Shown: piece after piece, positions 1 to 8,855 of the stretch | Layout of the letters: each line of letters starts with the position of its first letter | Numbering within the stretch: the first letter of the stretch is position 1 | Origin: an uncultured Deferribacteres bacterium | GTDB taxonomy: Bacteria; Zhuqueibacterota; Zhuqueibacteria; Zhuqueibacterales; Geothermadaptataceae | Assembly: GCA_964014485.1 (NCBI GenBank) | Contig: CAXHAT010000080.1 | Coordinates: 1 to 34,235 of the forward strand | Reading direction: 5' to 3' | DNA length: 34,235 nucleotides | The notes under the pieces: model-generated | What the model saw: only the letters and a program-made list of their open reading frames with translations | What the model was told of the DNA's origin: nothing | The model's database searches: none | Position numbers and translations under genes: made by a program

Positions 1-129
1 CTCCCGCTCGCGTAATCAATTGAATTTATTCGACTTATAGCGGGACACTAGTGATACATTGTAGATCATAATGAAAAAAGATACTCTCAGAGCAAACGCT
101 GTTCAAGTCTATTTTATTTAAAATTGAGA

Positions 130-801
130 CTAAAGTCGCTCCTTTCGTAAAATCTCCACGTCTTCGCGCAGGCGCTCAACTTCGGTTTGAAAAGTCCCCT
201 TGTAAACGCCGCGAATTCGGCGATTTTGATCGACCAGGTAAAAATTTTCCGTGTGCAGAAAAACGCTCTCGATGTCTTGCAGGCCAAAATCTTCGTCCGC
301 AAAATATGAATTTCGCGCCAACTCATAGATTGCTTTTTTCTCGCCCGTAACCAAGTGCCACTTGCCGTCGATGACGCCGTTGTTGCGTGCATAGCGCTTC
401 AGAACCGCGACGCTGTCGGCTTCAGGCGTAACGGAATGTGAAATCAACAACACGCCCTCATCATTCAAAAACAAGTCCTGAATTTTGGCCATGTTCTTGG
501 TCATTTTCGGGCAAATGCCGGGACATGCGGTAAAAAAGAAATCCGCGATATAGATTTTCCCGGCAAAATTCTGCTCCGTGACGGTCTTTCCGTTTTGATC
601 AACGAAAGAAAACGGCGCGATTTCCGGTACATTCTTAATGCTCGAAAAATCTTCCCCCAACCACTTCGGCGTGAAATCCATGTCCGAATAAAAAGGCAGC
701 GTGACGTCTTCGCTTTCGGCGTTACTGCAGGAAATGGCGGTTATGAGCAAGCCGCCAAGCATAAAAATGAAAAGGTGTTTGTTTTTTACCATTGCATTCA
801 A
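130..801 (-). CDS. SCO1/SenC family copper chaperone, predicted lipoprotein
   Basis: FFFTACPGICP (CxxxC), SVTPEAD motif and conserved His in HTENFYLVD. Lipobox-like AISC follows a hydrophobic stretch. Start is TTG 801 or ATG 792. Confidence 0.93.
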   Translation of the reverse strand: MNAMVKNKHLFIFMLGGLLITAISCSNAESEDVTLPFYSDMDFTPKWLGEDFSSIKNVPEIAPFSFVDQNGKTVTEQNFAGKIYIADFFFTACPGICPKMTKNMAKIQDLFLNDEGVLLISHSVTPEADSVAVLKRYARNNGVIDGKWHLVTGEKKAIYELARNSYFADEDFGLQDIESVFLHTENFYLVDQNRRIRGVYKGTFQTEVERLREDVEILRKERL

Positions 802-849
802 TTTATATTAAAACGTTCACCGTCATGTACCAGCGTGATGATAGATCGG

Positions 850-1491
850 TTAATTCGATTCCGGTTTGTCCGCCGAGGCGTCGGCAAAATATCGTCCTTC
901 GCCGTTTTCGACTGTAAAGCACAGCCTTGAGCGCTGAACGCCGTATCGCCTGCCGTCTTTAACGACGAGATTAATGTAAAGCTTGCCGTTTTCCCGCCAG
1001 GCTTTTTGAGCGCCGGTCTCTACGCCTTTTTGATAGTTCAAGGATTTGGCGAAGGCGCCGCTTTCGTACCACTCCAGTTGCTCGCCATGATGCTCGCCGT
1101 CTGCAAAGCGAAAATGAAATTTTGGATTTCCGTTTGGCCACCAGCCAAGGTGTTCGCCGATTTTTTCACCGTCTTTGTAAAATCGAATAGACGCACGGGA
1201 ACCGTCGGGGTACCACATTTCTTGCCTGCCGTGTTTTCTGCTGTTTCTGTAATACGTGGCGGACTTTATCGCATCGTTTTCATAACTCTCGATCAACTTG
1301 CCGGTGAAAAGCTGCTCGCGATAAAACAGCGCGCCATGCTTTTTGGACAAGTTTTTGTTTGAAGCATGAATTGTATGAAACTTCTCCGCATTGTCCGACT
1401 TTTCGCGGGGTTCAGGTTTATCGCACGCAAACAAAAAAGCAAGCATGACCGCAACCGGCCACCCGTTCAATATCTTCATTTTCCGCCTCAT
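850..1491 (-). CDS. MORN-variant repeat (YwqK-like) lipoprotein
   Basis: Repeats of the type G.x.x.G.x.x.x.x.W(Y/W).x.x.G: KHGRQEMWYPDG, KIGEHLGWWPNG, HHGEQLEWYESG, ETGAQKAWRENG. Lipobox LFAC. Start overlaps the YHYH stop (ATGA, 1488-1491). Confidence 0.85.
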   Translation of the reverse strand: MRRKMKILNGWPVAVMLAFLFACDKPEPREKSDNAEKFHTIHASNKNLSKKHGALFYREQLFTGKLIESYENDAIKSATYYRNSRKHGRQEMWYPDGSRASIRFYKDGEKIGEHLGWWPNGNPKFHFRFADGEHHGEQLEWYESGAFAKSLNYQKGVETGAQKAWRENGKLYINLVVKDGRRYGVQRSRLCFTVENGEGRYFADASADKPESN

Positions 1492-2228
1492 TGACTCACA
1501 GTTCCCGGTGTGCCGCGATATCCGCCGGAAATATACGGCGCTTCCAGAATCACATGATAATGGTAGACCCCGTCGGGATAGTCCGCCGTTTCGCCGAAAT
1601 GACCGTTGGCGTCATCCAGATTGGTCGGGTAGGTTTCGTTCATGTCTTTGCGTCCGTAAACCGGAAAGCCGTCGAGCAAAAAGCCGACAAGCTCGCTGTT
1701 ATCTTGCGTGAGGTACGTCGGCTCGACGTGATAGTGATACTGCCCGAATTGCTGCGGATGACCGTTCTTGCTGTCAAAAGAAATGATCTCCCTGTCTAAC
1801 GGCTCGTTTGGTCCGGCGTATTGGTTGTAGAGCGCAACGCCGTTCACAGCAACGCCGATTGGGCCGAGCGACGTGGCCGTAATACTTGAAGCGACTTGCG
1901 GATTTAAAGGGATGCGGAAGGTGAGGTTTTGTTCGGAAATACGGTTCGGGTTGGTCTGCATCCCTTCGTGCGGCGCTTCATACAAACTATGTCCCGTTCC
2001 CCAATAAGGACTGGTATGATTCGGCTGGCCGTCCGACTCGATGATGACGTTGTTGCCGTCAACATAAACGGTCAAGTTGTCGGCAAATTTCTTGAACACA
2101 TCCGGCGCTTCTTCACCCGTATTGACGTTTTCGTTTTCAGTCTCAGGTTCCAGCGCGTTTGAACAGCTTATGAAAAACGCCGCTAGGGCGGCGGCGGCGA
2201 ACACTGTCAGGCTGATTGCTTTTCTCAT
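1488..2228 (-). CDS. YHYH domain lipoprotein
   Basis: GPIGVAVNGV, GHP...YHYH, GFLLDGFPVYG and LDDANGH...YHYH motifs. Lipobox FISC. SD AGGAGG upstream of ATG 2228. Confidence 0.9.
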   Translation of the reverse strand: MRKAISLTVFAAAALAAFFISCSNALEPETENENVNTGEEAPDVFKKFADNLTVYVDGNNVIIESDGQPNHTSPYWGTGHSLYEAPHEGMQTNPNRISEQNLTFRIPLNPQVASSITATSLGPIGVAVNGVALYNQYAGPNEPLDREIISFDSKNGHPQQFGQYHYHVEPTYLTQDNSELVGFLLDGFPVYGRKDMNETYPTNLDDANGHFGETADYPDGVYHYHVILEAPYISGGYRGTPGTVSQ

Positions 2229-2292
2229 TTGCGTTTTCCTCCTGGCTTCTTTGGTGCATAGATCGATGTTTTAAGGCGCCTTTGAAATTTTA

Positions 2293-2318
2293 TACGAGTC
2301 CCGCCCGATTCACCCTAC
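2293..2318 (-). promoter_or_regulatory. possible ECF-sigma-type promoter of the YHYH-MORN-SCO operon
   Basis: Minus strand reads GTAGGG-N16-CGTA about 65 nt upstream of the YHYH start. Pattern resemblance only. Confidence 0.25.
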
Positions 2319-2340
2319 CATGATTATTGAGAATATCAGA

Positions 2341-2389
2341 AGGCTGTCCAAAAACATCGATTTTCAGGCTATATTTTTTTGGCCAGTCC
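2341..2389. repeat. imperfect inverted repeat (terminator or MITE-end remnant)
   Basis: aggctgtccaaaaa ... tttttggccagtcc just past the stop of the 2393 gene. The left arm matches the GGCTGTCCAAAA end of the element at 12163. Confidence 0.45.
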
Positions 2390-2392
2390 CGC

Positions 2393-4927
2393 TTAACGAA
2401 TCAAAACCATTTTCCTGGTTTGAGTAAATATTATTGCATTTTCCGTTGGGCGTGAGGCAGTGATGCGGTAATAGAATACGCCGCTGGCTTGAGCTGCGGC
2501 GTTCCAGTTTACATTATACAAACCTGCCGCAAGCTTTTCATCTACGAGCGTGAAAACACTTTTTCCCAAGGCATCATAAATTTGCAACAGGACGTTCGCC
2601 CTCTCCGACAATTCGAACCTGATGTTGGTCGCCGGATTGAAAGGGTTGGGATAATTTTGATGCAACCCGAAAGACGCCGGCGTGGAAGCGTCCGTTTGTT
2701 CTACAGCAACCGTTGTCCCGGTTAAAAACGAGAAAGTCGATGACCAATTGGTCGTGCCGCCGTTGTTCGCTGCATTGACGCGCCAAAAATAACGCGCATT
2801 CCTTTGCAAAGCGCGACCGGTGTAACTTGTGTCGGTCAAGCCGGAAACGAAAACGCCGTCCTGAAAAGTCGAATCGACAGAATATTGCAGGCGGTAACTC
2901 GCCGCGCGCTGCGAAGCGTTCCATCGAAAAACAGCGGTCTCCCCAACGGCGACGGCTTCGTCTTCCGGTTCGAGCTGGATGGGAATTCTGGGCGGGATAT
3001 TTGTGAAAAAGTGTCGGGGAATTGACCAGGCGCCCGTGCCGAGGTTGTTCGTTGCGTTTACCCGCCAAAAGTAATCGATCTCATTGATCAAATTTTCAAC
3101 ATGGAATGAGTCCGCAATTAAGCCGCTTTCATCAATGAGCAGCGACTCAAAGGCTGAATCCGTGGCGGCTTGCAGGTGGTAGGTTATTCCTCCTCCGCCG
3201 CGCCAGCGTAAGGTTATGTTTTCTGTGACAACGGAGTCGCTCAGAACGGGCGCAGCGGGTTTTGGCGCCAATGGCAACAAGGAAACATTTTTAAAAACGC
3301 CGTCGCCGCGCGTAGCGGCATAAAGCGGCCCGGAAATGCTGGCGAACAGTCTGGTTATGGGTTTGTCCGTCATGCCTTCATTGACTTTCGTCCAAAGCGC
3401 GCCGCCGTCGCCAGAGCGCATGATGCTGCCGTCCAGCGTGCCGAGATAGATATTGCCGTCTGAGGGTCTCGCTAAAGCCAAACCGATGGAATCAATCATG
3501 CCGGTGCGCGGATGCGTCCAGGTCGTATCGCTGAGTTTATACATAACGCCTCCCAAATTGCCTTCACCGCCCCAACCGGCAGCGTAGACGTTCAGACTGT
3601 CATCGAGAACGATGGACCAAATGTCGTAATGAGGCGCCAATTCTTGCCGCGGAAAGTAGTATGGAGCGACGTAGCCTGTTGAGTCGACGGGCTCGCGCCA
3701 CCAATAAGGAACGAGCCTGTTGCCCGGCTTCTTGAGATCGGCGTCAATGGTTCGATACACGCCCAAAGCGCCGCCGACGTAAGTATGGCCGTTTGGATGC
3801 GAGATTATCGATCTGACATTTGTGGGCCTGGCTTCTACGGTATTCCATGTTAAGCCGTAATCTTCCGAAAAAGTAAATTCCGCACTGCCAAATCCCAGAA
3901 AAGTATTCAGGCCAATCAAGAGTTGGCTTTTGTCATTCATATTGATAACGCCGATAGTTCGTTCGGGAAAAGCGCGTTCGGCCCAGGAGTCCCCATTGTC
4001 ATTTGAGTAATAAAGGCCGCCGAATACCGTTCCGGCAAACATTTCTCCTTTTTTCGCGCCCGGCGCCAGGGAAAGAATATTTGAAGGGAGAAAATTGGGC
4101 GAAAGCTGCTCCCAGGAATCCCCTTCGTCTTTCGAACGATAAAGCCCCGCGCCAAACGTGCCCGCGAAAAGCCAGCCGTTGTGCGCAACGCTGAATGCGC
4201 GAACCTGTGCATTGACGAGTCCGGCTTCAACCCATGTGTTTTCATGATTCAGCAAAACATAAACGCCGGCGTCGGAAGCGGCGAAGACGTCGCCCTCCGC
4301 ATTAAAAGCAAATCCCAAAATCCCCCGCGCAGAGGCGACTTTCAGTGCTTTCCGCCATGAATCGCCGTTATCCGTTGAAATGAAAATATGGCCGTCACGC
4401 GCCCCGGCGAGCAAGGTCTCGGATTTTTGAGGATGTTTTGCAACGGAAAACAGAACTCCGGCTTGGCGATGCATTGAGAACTTTTCGATGATGCTCTCAA
4501 GTTCACTTGCGGCGATTTTTCCGAATCCGCGAACGCCTGGAGTTTTGGTGTTTTTTTGCAAGCCGGTCCGCGTGAGCGTTTCGCGGCGCGGGGCAATCGT
4601 CCATTGCCGACCGCCGTCACTCGAAACCGCTCTGGCATCGCGGTCCGTCTCGATGATCACGTCTCCCGAGGCAGCGATGAGAATACTCTGAATTGCTCCG
4701 CGGTGCATGAAGTGGTCGCTGATAATCTCCCAGTCGCGGCCCTTGCTTTTTGAAAAATAGACGCAGCCGTCCAGCCCGCCGGCGAAGACGTCACCGGCGT
4801 CATTGACGGCAATCGCGCTCGCCGCGAGGGGACCTCGGAATTCGCCGCTTTTGCGCCAGGCGTCTTGCGCAAAAAGTTCTGCTGAAACGAGAAGACATAT
4901 TAGAGGAGCAAGTTTAAGAATTCGCAT
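2393..4927 (-). CDS. secreted Asp-box/BNR beta-propeller protein with two FN3-like domains and a T9SS-type C-terminal sorting domain
   Basis: Signal peptide (MRILKLAPLICLLVSAELFA). About 7 Asp-box-like repeats (SKSKGRDW, SSDGGRQW, STDNGDSW, SKDEGDSW, SNDNGDSW, SEDYGLTW, SGDGGALW). Two YFWRVNA.N..G FN3 motifs. C-terminal LHQNYPNPFNP...TRKMVLIR. ATG 4927 with AGAGG upstream is preferred over the ORF-track start 4966. Confidence 0.88.
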   Translation of the reverse strand: MRILKLAPLICLLVSAELFAQDAWRKSGEFRGPLAASAIAVNDAGDVFAGGLDGCVYFSKSKGRDWEIISDHFMHRGAIQSILIAASGDVIIETDRDARAVSSDGGRQWTIAPRRETLTRTGLQKNTKTPGVRGFGKIAASELESIIEKFSMHRQAGVLFSVAKHPQKSETLLAGARDGHIFISTDNGDSWRKALKVASARGILGFAFNAEGDVFAASDAGVYVLLNHENTWVEAGLVNAQVRAFSVAHNGWLFAGTFGAGLYRSKDEGDSWEQLSPNFLPSNILSLAPGAKKGEMFAGTVFGGLYYSNDNGDSWAERAFPERTIGVINMNDKSQLLIGLNTFLGFGSAEFTFSEDYGLTWNTVEARPTNVRSIISHPNGHTYVGGALGVYRTIDADLKKPGNRLVPYWWREPVDSTGYVAPYYFPRQELAPHYDIWSIVLDDSLNVYAAGWGGEGNLGGVMYKLSDTTWTHPRTGMIDSIGLALARPSDGNIYLGTLDGSIMRSGDGGALWTKVNEGMTDKPITRLFASISGPLYAATRGDGVFKNVSLLPLAPKPAAPVLSDSVVTENITLRWRGGGGITYHLQAATDSAFESLLIDESGLIADSFHVENLINEIDYFWRVNATNNLGTGAWSIPRHFFTNIPPRIPIQLEPEDEAVAVGETAVFRWNASQRAASYRLQYSVDSTFQDGVFVSGLTDTSYTGRALQRNARYFWRVNAANNGGTTNWSSTFSFLTGTTVAVEQTDASTPASFGLHQNYPNPFNPATNIRFELSERANVLLQIYDALGKSVFTLVDEKLAAGLYNVNWNAAAQASGVFYYRITASRPTENAIIFTQTRKMVLIR

Positions 4928-4999
4928 AATAAAGCCTCTTCGGAATTGATTATAGTGCATCGTCAAGCTTAACTTTGTGGCTTTTCTGTTTTCATCATG

Positions 5000-5089
5000 T
5001 TAGCCCCGGCCTTCAGGCCGGGGAACGGGAAAATGCGCATCCTTCTTCCCCGCGCTGAAGCCCGGGGTTAATAAAATTGCCGTTTCACG
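5000..5089. repeat. REP doublet (REPIN/PATE-like palindromic element), copy 1
   Basis: TTAG-CCCCGGCC-TTCA-GGCCGGGG ... CCCCGCGC-TGAA-GCCCGGGG-TTAA. A closely similar reverse-complement copy lies at 22430-22520. Confidence 0.8.
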
Positions 5090-5220
5090 AACAGGTTGTT
5101 GTGCCCACAAATTTAGGATTGAAGAACCACTAGTATTTATCGTTCTGATATCGAGCGCTCGATAACATGGATTCCTTCTGAATGACGCCTCGGCAAAAGA
5201 AACAAATGCGAAAAGAGCGT

Positions 5221-6762
5221 TTATTTAGCCGATCCCTCCCCGCCGCCGCCGAATGTGTACGATGCAAGCAAGAGTTCTCTGATGTATGTCCCTGGAACTG
5301 GAAAATGGAGAGGGGTACCGGAGACAAGATCGCCCCAGCCTCGATTGTCGAAAAACTCGACGCCGGGGCCGGTCATGAGAATTTCGATGTGTTTCTCGTA
5401 TTTGAGCATCGCCCATAGGCTGCTCCCTTCCAGCGGACTACGCGGGTCTTCCGGGTTTCCGGGAAAATCAGCGGCGGCGGGAGGATACCCCCCATTCGGC
5501 ACGCGCGTGGAATTGATAATATCCGTTGCCGTTGCATAATCGCCCAACCGCAGCGCCGCTTCAGCTCTCAAGAAATCAAGCTCCTTGACCAGAAATATGG
5601 GCGATGGGCCGTTACCGTTATTTTTGTGGTAATCTTCATAGCGATAATATGCGTAGCGCGAAAAATGATATTTACCTCGTTCCGGAGGAAAGGGAGTCGG
5701 ATCAGTGTAGAGTATGTATAATCCGGGGTTTTGCTGACCGTCCGCGTTGCGCGTCCCGTCCCAAATACGTTTGTCATCGGTGTCAATTTCGAACTCATCC
5801 CGTTCTTCCAGCGGGAGAGCAAGCCAGTCTTGATAGGCTCCGGATTTGTCCGAAGGACCGATCAATTTATAATCCGCCCGCGCCCACTGCCCGCCGCTAT
5901 CATTATGGTACCATTGCATCGCGTGCCACCAATCATCAGCGCCGTCGCCGATTGGCGTCAAATCTTCCACTATGCCTTGACTTACATGAAAAGCAATGCG
6001 CCCCCAATCGGCTGCGGCGCGTTCGTCGGGAGTCCTGCCGATTTGAGCGAGAAAACGGGCCGTATAGGAATGAGCGATACGCGCGAGTTCCGTGTTTGTA
6101 AGCGAAAGGCCGTTAATCCAGTTACTTGGCACGATGAATTCGTTTGCCTCGGAAATTGAGATGCTGCTCCCCAGGTATTTAACGGCGCTGTCCATGACGA
6201 CCTGGTAATGACTGAACTGAAAAATCTGGCGGGGCAGTTCGCCCTTCTCGTCCAAAAAAATCGCTTTATCGAAGTATAGTGCAAGATGCCCGTAAGCTAA
6301 TCCTTGCACTAACCGCGTGAAAGCTTTGGCTCGAGGCGTATCAACGCCTAGCGTATCCGGATTCAAGCGAATTGTTTCGAGCGCTTCGTTCACGTTCCTG
6401 AGCGCTCTATAGCACAAACTCCACGGCAGTAACGTCGCGTTTTGGTATCGATAGTTTGCGGAATTATTGTAAGAAGCTCTCGGCTCCGCGGACAAATCTT
6501 CTATACCAAAATTTCTCCATGAGCAAGTCAGGGCGTCAGCCGCCGCAATCACGCTATTGCCGTATACGCCTGCATGCGTGGCCCCCCACCATTGGCGGAT
6601 TGCCGTCTTGATTTGCTCTTCCAGTTCATGAGATGAGTTGGCTCTGCCGTCGACCGTTGCCTTTTCCGCCTGTGCAGGAACGCGCGGATCCGTTGAAAAC
6701 CCGGAGTCGCACCCTGAAAGCGCTGCTATGAAGACGCTGAATAATAACCCTAAGAATTTCAT
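5221..6762 (-). CDS. RagB/SusD-like outer membrane lipoprotein
   Basis: Lipobox LSGC after MKFLGLLFSVFIAA. SusD-type motifs W..CYRAL, GLAYGHLALYFDKA, ELDFLRAEAALR...IINSTR, LKYEKHIE...G..FFDNRGWG and LHFPVP. SD GGGAGG before ATG 6762. Confidence 0.8.
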   Translation of the reverse strand: MKFLGLLFSVFIAALSGCDSGFSTDPRVPAQAEKATVDGRANSSHELEEQIKTAIRQWWGATHAGVYGNSVIAAADALTCSWRNFGIEDLSAEPRASYNNSANYRYQNATLLPWSLCYRALRNVNEALETIRLNPDTLGVDTPRAKAFTRLVQGLAYGHLALYFDKAIFLDEKGELPRQIFQFSHYQVVMDSAVKYLGSSISISEANEFIVPSNWINGLSLTNTELARIAHSYTARFLAQIGRTPDERAAADWGRIAFHVSQGIVEDLTPIGDGADDWWHAMQWYHNDSGGQWARADYKLIGPSDKSGAYQDWLALPLEERDEFEIDTDDKRIWDGTRNADGQQNPGLYILYTDPTPFPPERGKYHFSRYAYYRYEDYHKNNGNGPSPIFLVKELDFLRAEAALRLGDYATATDIINSTRVPNGGYPPAAADFPGNPEDPRSPLEGSSLWAMLKYEKHIEILMTGPGVEFFDNRGWGDLVSGTPLHFPVPGTYIRELLLASYTFGGGGEGSAK

Positions 6763-7141
6763 AAAAGGCCTCCCAAAAGGTAAGAAGTAAAGATAGATGA
6801 TCTTAAACACACGCCATGATCGAAGTGAAATCTGAAAAAGGCGTTGGTGCGGATGAGCGCCCCAATCAGAATGCCGGCGACGCAAGCAAATCCGAAACTG
6901 CCCGCCCGCAATCCGCTCATGTTCAAACGTCCGACAAACCGTACCGTCCTTATAGCCCCGGGAATGCGCCCAGCAGCGAGGCCAGCGCGCTCAAAGTTGC
7001 TGAAACGACCGGCGATACCGAAAGCCCGACGATCAAGCCGACAAGCAATTCAGTCCCGACTCCGGCAAAAACGTAGACAAATCCGCCGCCGGGATCTGCT
7101 TTTTGTTCAGCCGCCCCTCCTCCCAAAATTTTTAAAATCAA
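6759..7141 (-). pseudogene. frameshifted remnant of a small multi-TM membrane protein
   Basis: Frame 1 encodes FAGVGTELLVGLIVGLSVSPVVSATLSALASLLGAFPGL and stops at 6950-6952. A different frame continues MSGLRAGSFGFACVAGILIGALIRTN from 6920 and stops at TGA 6759-6761. A strong SD (GGGAGGAGG, 7116-7124) is followed by GCG rather than a start codon. Confidence 0.55.
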
Positions 7142-7562
7142 ATGTTCGACAAAATGGTCAGTGCAGGCATGAAACGCAAGACGGCTTTAACCAGATTAGT
7201 GCACATTTTTTTAACTTTTCCAGTGAAATAGTTTAGATGTTAATGTCCTTAGTCCTGCTCAATAGACAAATATGCCGTACATAAAAAGTGCAACAGATCA
7301 CCGTCAAACCCACAAGCCGATAACGCAAGTTTGGCAGCATTTGATTATGGAATTGGCACCCCGAATAAGATTGATGTAGCCAACCTAACTGAGAGAGGTG
7401 TTTTTCGAAGGATGAGTTCAAGAATTGGAAACAAGGGAGAGTATTTCATCAGGGGAAAGTACGTAAAGCGTGAAAAGCTGCTTTTGCAATTAATTGATTT
7501 TCATCATTTTCCATCTAAAATCCCATTTGAAATTTTGTTGCGAGTCCCTGTTCAATCAACTC

Positions 7563-8855
7563 CTATTTCAAAAAAACAAACCGCTTAACCGCCTGAAATC
7601 GATCAGCTTCCAGTTTATACCAGTAAATCCCCGCTGGCAGCCCTTTAGCATCAAACGTTACGGCGTGTTCGCCAAGCGGGAGGCGTTCATCGAGTAATAC
7701 TTTGATTCGTTCTCCATTCAGGTTGTAAACAGTCATTTTTACTTGGCTGGCTACAGGTAATGAGAAGGATATCTGTGTGGAAGGGTTGAACGGATTAGGA
7801 TAGTTCTGATGCAAGGAAAAACCTGCGGGCGGTTCTACAGCGCTTTCAACGGCAGTCGCCTCGCCAGAATAGACGACAAAATCCGCGTACACCGGCAAAT
7901 GATCGGAAGCTGCGTGCAGCGCTTCCGCCGTCACACTATCCACAACGCCATTTGTCCCGTCATTGACCGCCCGCTTATAATGCGCGCCGTCATTTCCAAA
8001 AGCTGTGTAGGTGTCAAGCAAAAGATGAATGCCCGAAGTTGCTTGATCTTTACGCTGAAAGACGCTTTCTGAAACACAAATCATATCATAGCGTTGATCC
8101 AGGCCCTTGCCTTGGTGTGGCGTCATCCTGCGTGCCCCTCTGGTAGAATATGTATGGTTTGGCGCTTGTTCTGGAGTGGTAACCAAAAATCCTATTGGAT
8201 CGAACAGTCTTCCATCATTATCGGCATGATCGCCAATCAGTCGTTCATACCCAGGTTCCCCTACAGTCCAAAAATTAAACACTCCCAATACAATAAAATG
8301 GCTTCCACCAGGCAAGTCATTCAAGTGATTTCTCAAAACTTCGGCCTCTCGATTTCGAAGTCGCTCGATTGGGAAACCTTGCGATCCCAGAAAATGTACT
8401 GAATAGATCCGAAGTTCTTTTCCGTCAGAAGTTTGAAATACGAACTCGGCAAAGTCTCTTTGATATATCTTGCCGAAAACGTCTTCGATAGTAATTGGAA
8501 ATAGAGAATCAGCCGTTAATGTCACGATATCAGGCCGGTAAAAGATTATACTATCGGTGCCTGGACCATCAAGGAACGGCGCGGCGCCGTACTTGCCGGC
8601 GGTTTCGTAATTGAAGATCGAATCAAGCAAGGTTTGAACGCCTGAAGCAGAGACTACATCTTGCGCGACCAGTATATCGGGCTGAATTGCATTAATAACA
8701 ATTCTGAAATCCTTTACACGTTCAAGACCGCTTGAGTCAGGAAAGTTCAACATGCTATAGGTCGTGATACGCAGAGTATCTATCGGCTGCGGGGATTGAC
8801 TGAATACATTGTTGCAGTAAATACCAATGAAAAGCAGAAGTATTCGACGACTCAT
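7563..8855 (-). CDS. endonuclease/exonuclease/phosphatase-fold secreted protein with T9SS-type C-terminal domain (catalytic motifs altered)
   Basis: TLRITTYSMLN, PDILVAQD, YSVHF, LGVFN, LDQRYD and SDHLPV occur in EEP order. Signal peptide present. C-terminal LHQNYPNPFNP...VKRFVFLK. ATG 8855 has AAAGGTGG upstream. Confidence 0.82.
   Translation of the reverse strand: MSRRILLLFIGIYCNNVFSQSPQPIDTLRITTYSMLNFPDSSGLERVKDFRIVINAIQPDILVAQDVVSASGVQTLLDSIFNYETAGKYGAAPFLDGPGTDSIIFYRPDIVTLTADSLFPITIEDVFGKIYQRDFAEFVFQTSDGKELRIYSVHFLGSQGFPIERLRNREAEVLRNHLNDLPGGSHFIVLGVFNFWTVGEPGYERLIGDHADNDGRLFDPIGFLVTTPEQAPNHTYSTRGARRMTPHQGKGLDQRYDMICVSESVFQRKDQATSGIHLLLDTYTAFGNDGAHYKRAVNDGTNGVVDSVTAEALHAASDHLPVYADFVVYSGEATAVESAVEPPAGFSLHQNYPNPFNPSTQISFSLPVASQVKMTVYNLNGERIKVLLDERLPLGEHAVTFDAKGLPAGIYWYKLEADRFQAVKRFVFLK

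Noticed and set aside
2..52. TCCCGCT/AGCGGGA inverted repeat and an IS-end-like GGGACACTA at the window start
   Set aside because: The stem is only 7 bp with a long loop, and the context is cut by the window edge, so it cannot be supported.
850..1491. Toxin-antitoxin call from the YwqK-like repeats
   Set aside because: No toxin gene is adjacent. The protein is a lipoprotein between YHYH and SCO, and the repeat is a generic scaffold.
6763..6885. ORF-track N-terminal extension of the SusD-like gene
   Set aside because: The signal peptide and SD place the start at 6762. The extension is an off-frame read of the pseudogene.
6816..7588. Short ORFs 6816-7076, 6844-7236, 7233-7421 and 7331-7588
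   Set aside because: No recognisable motifs or SD. The first two are antisense shadows of the pseudogene.
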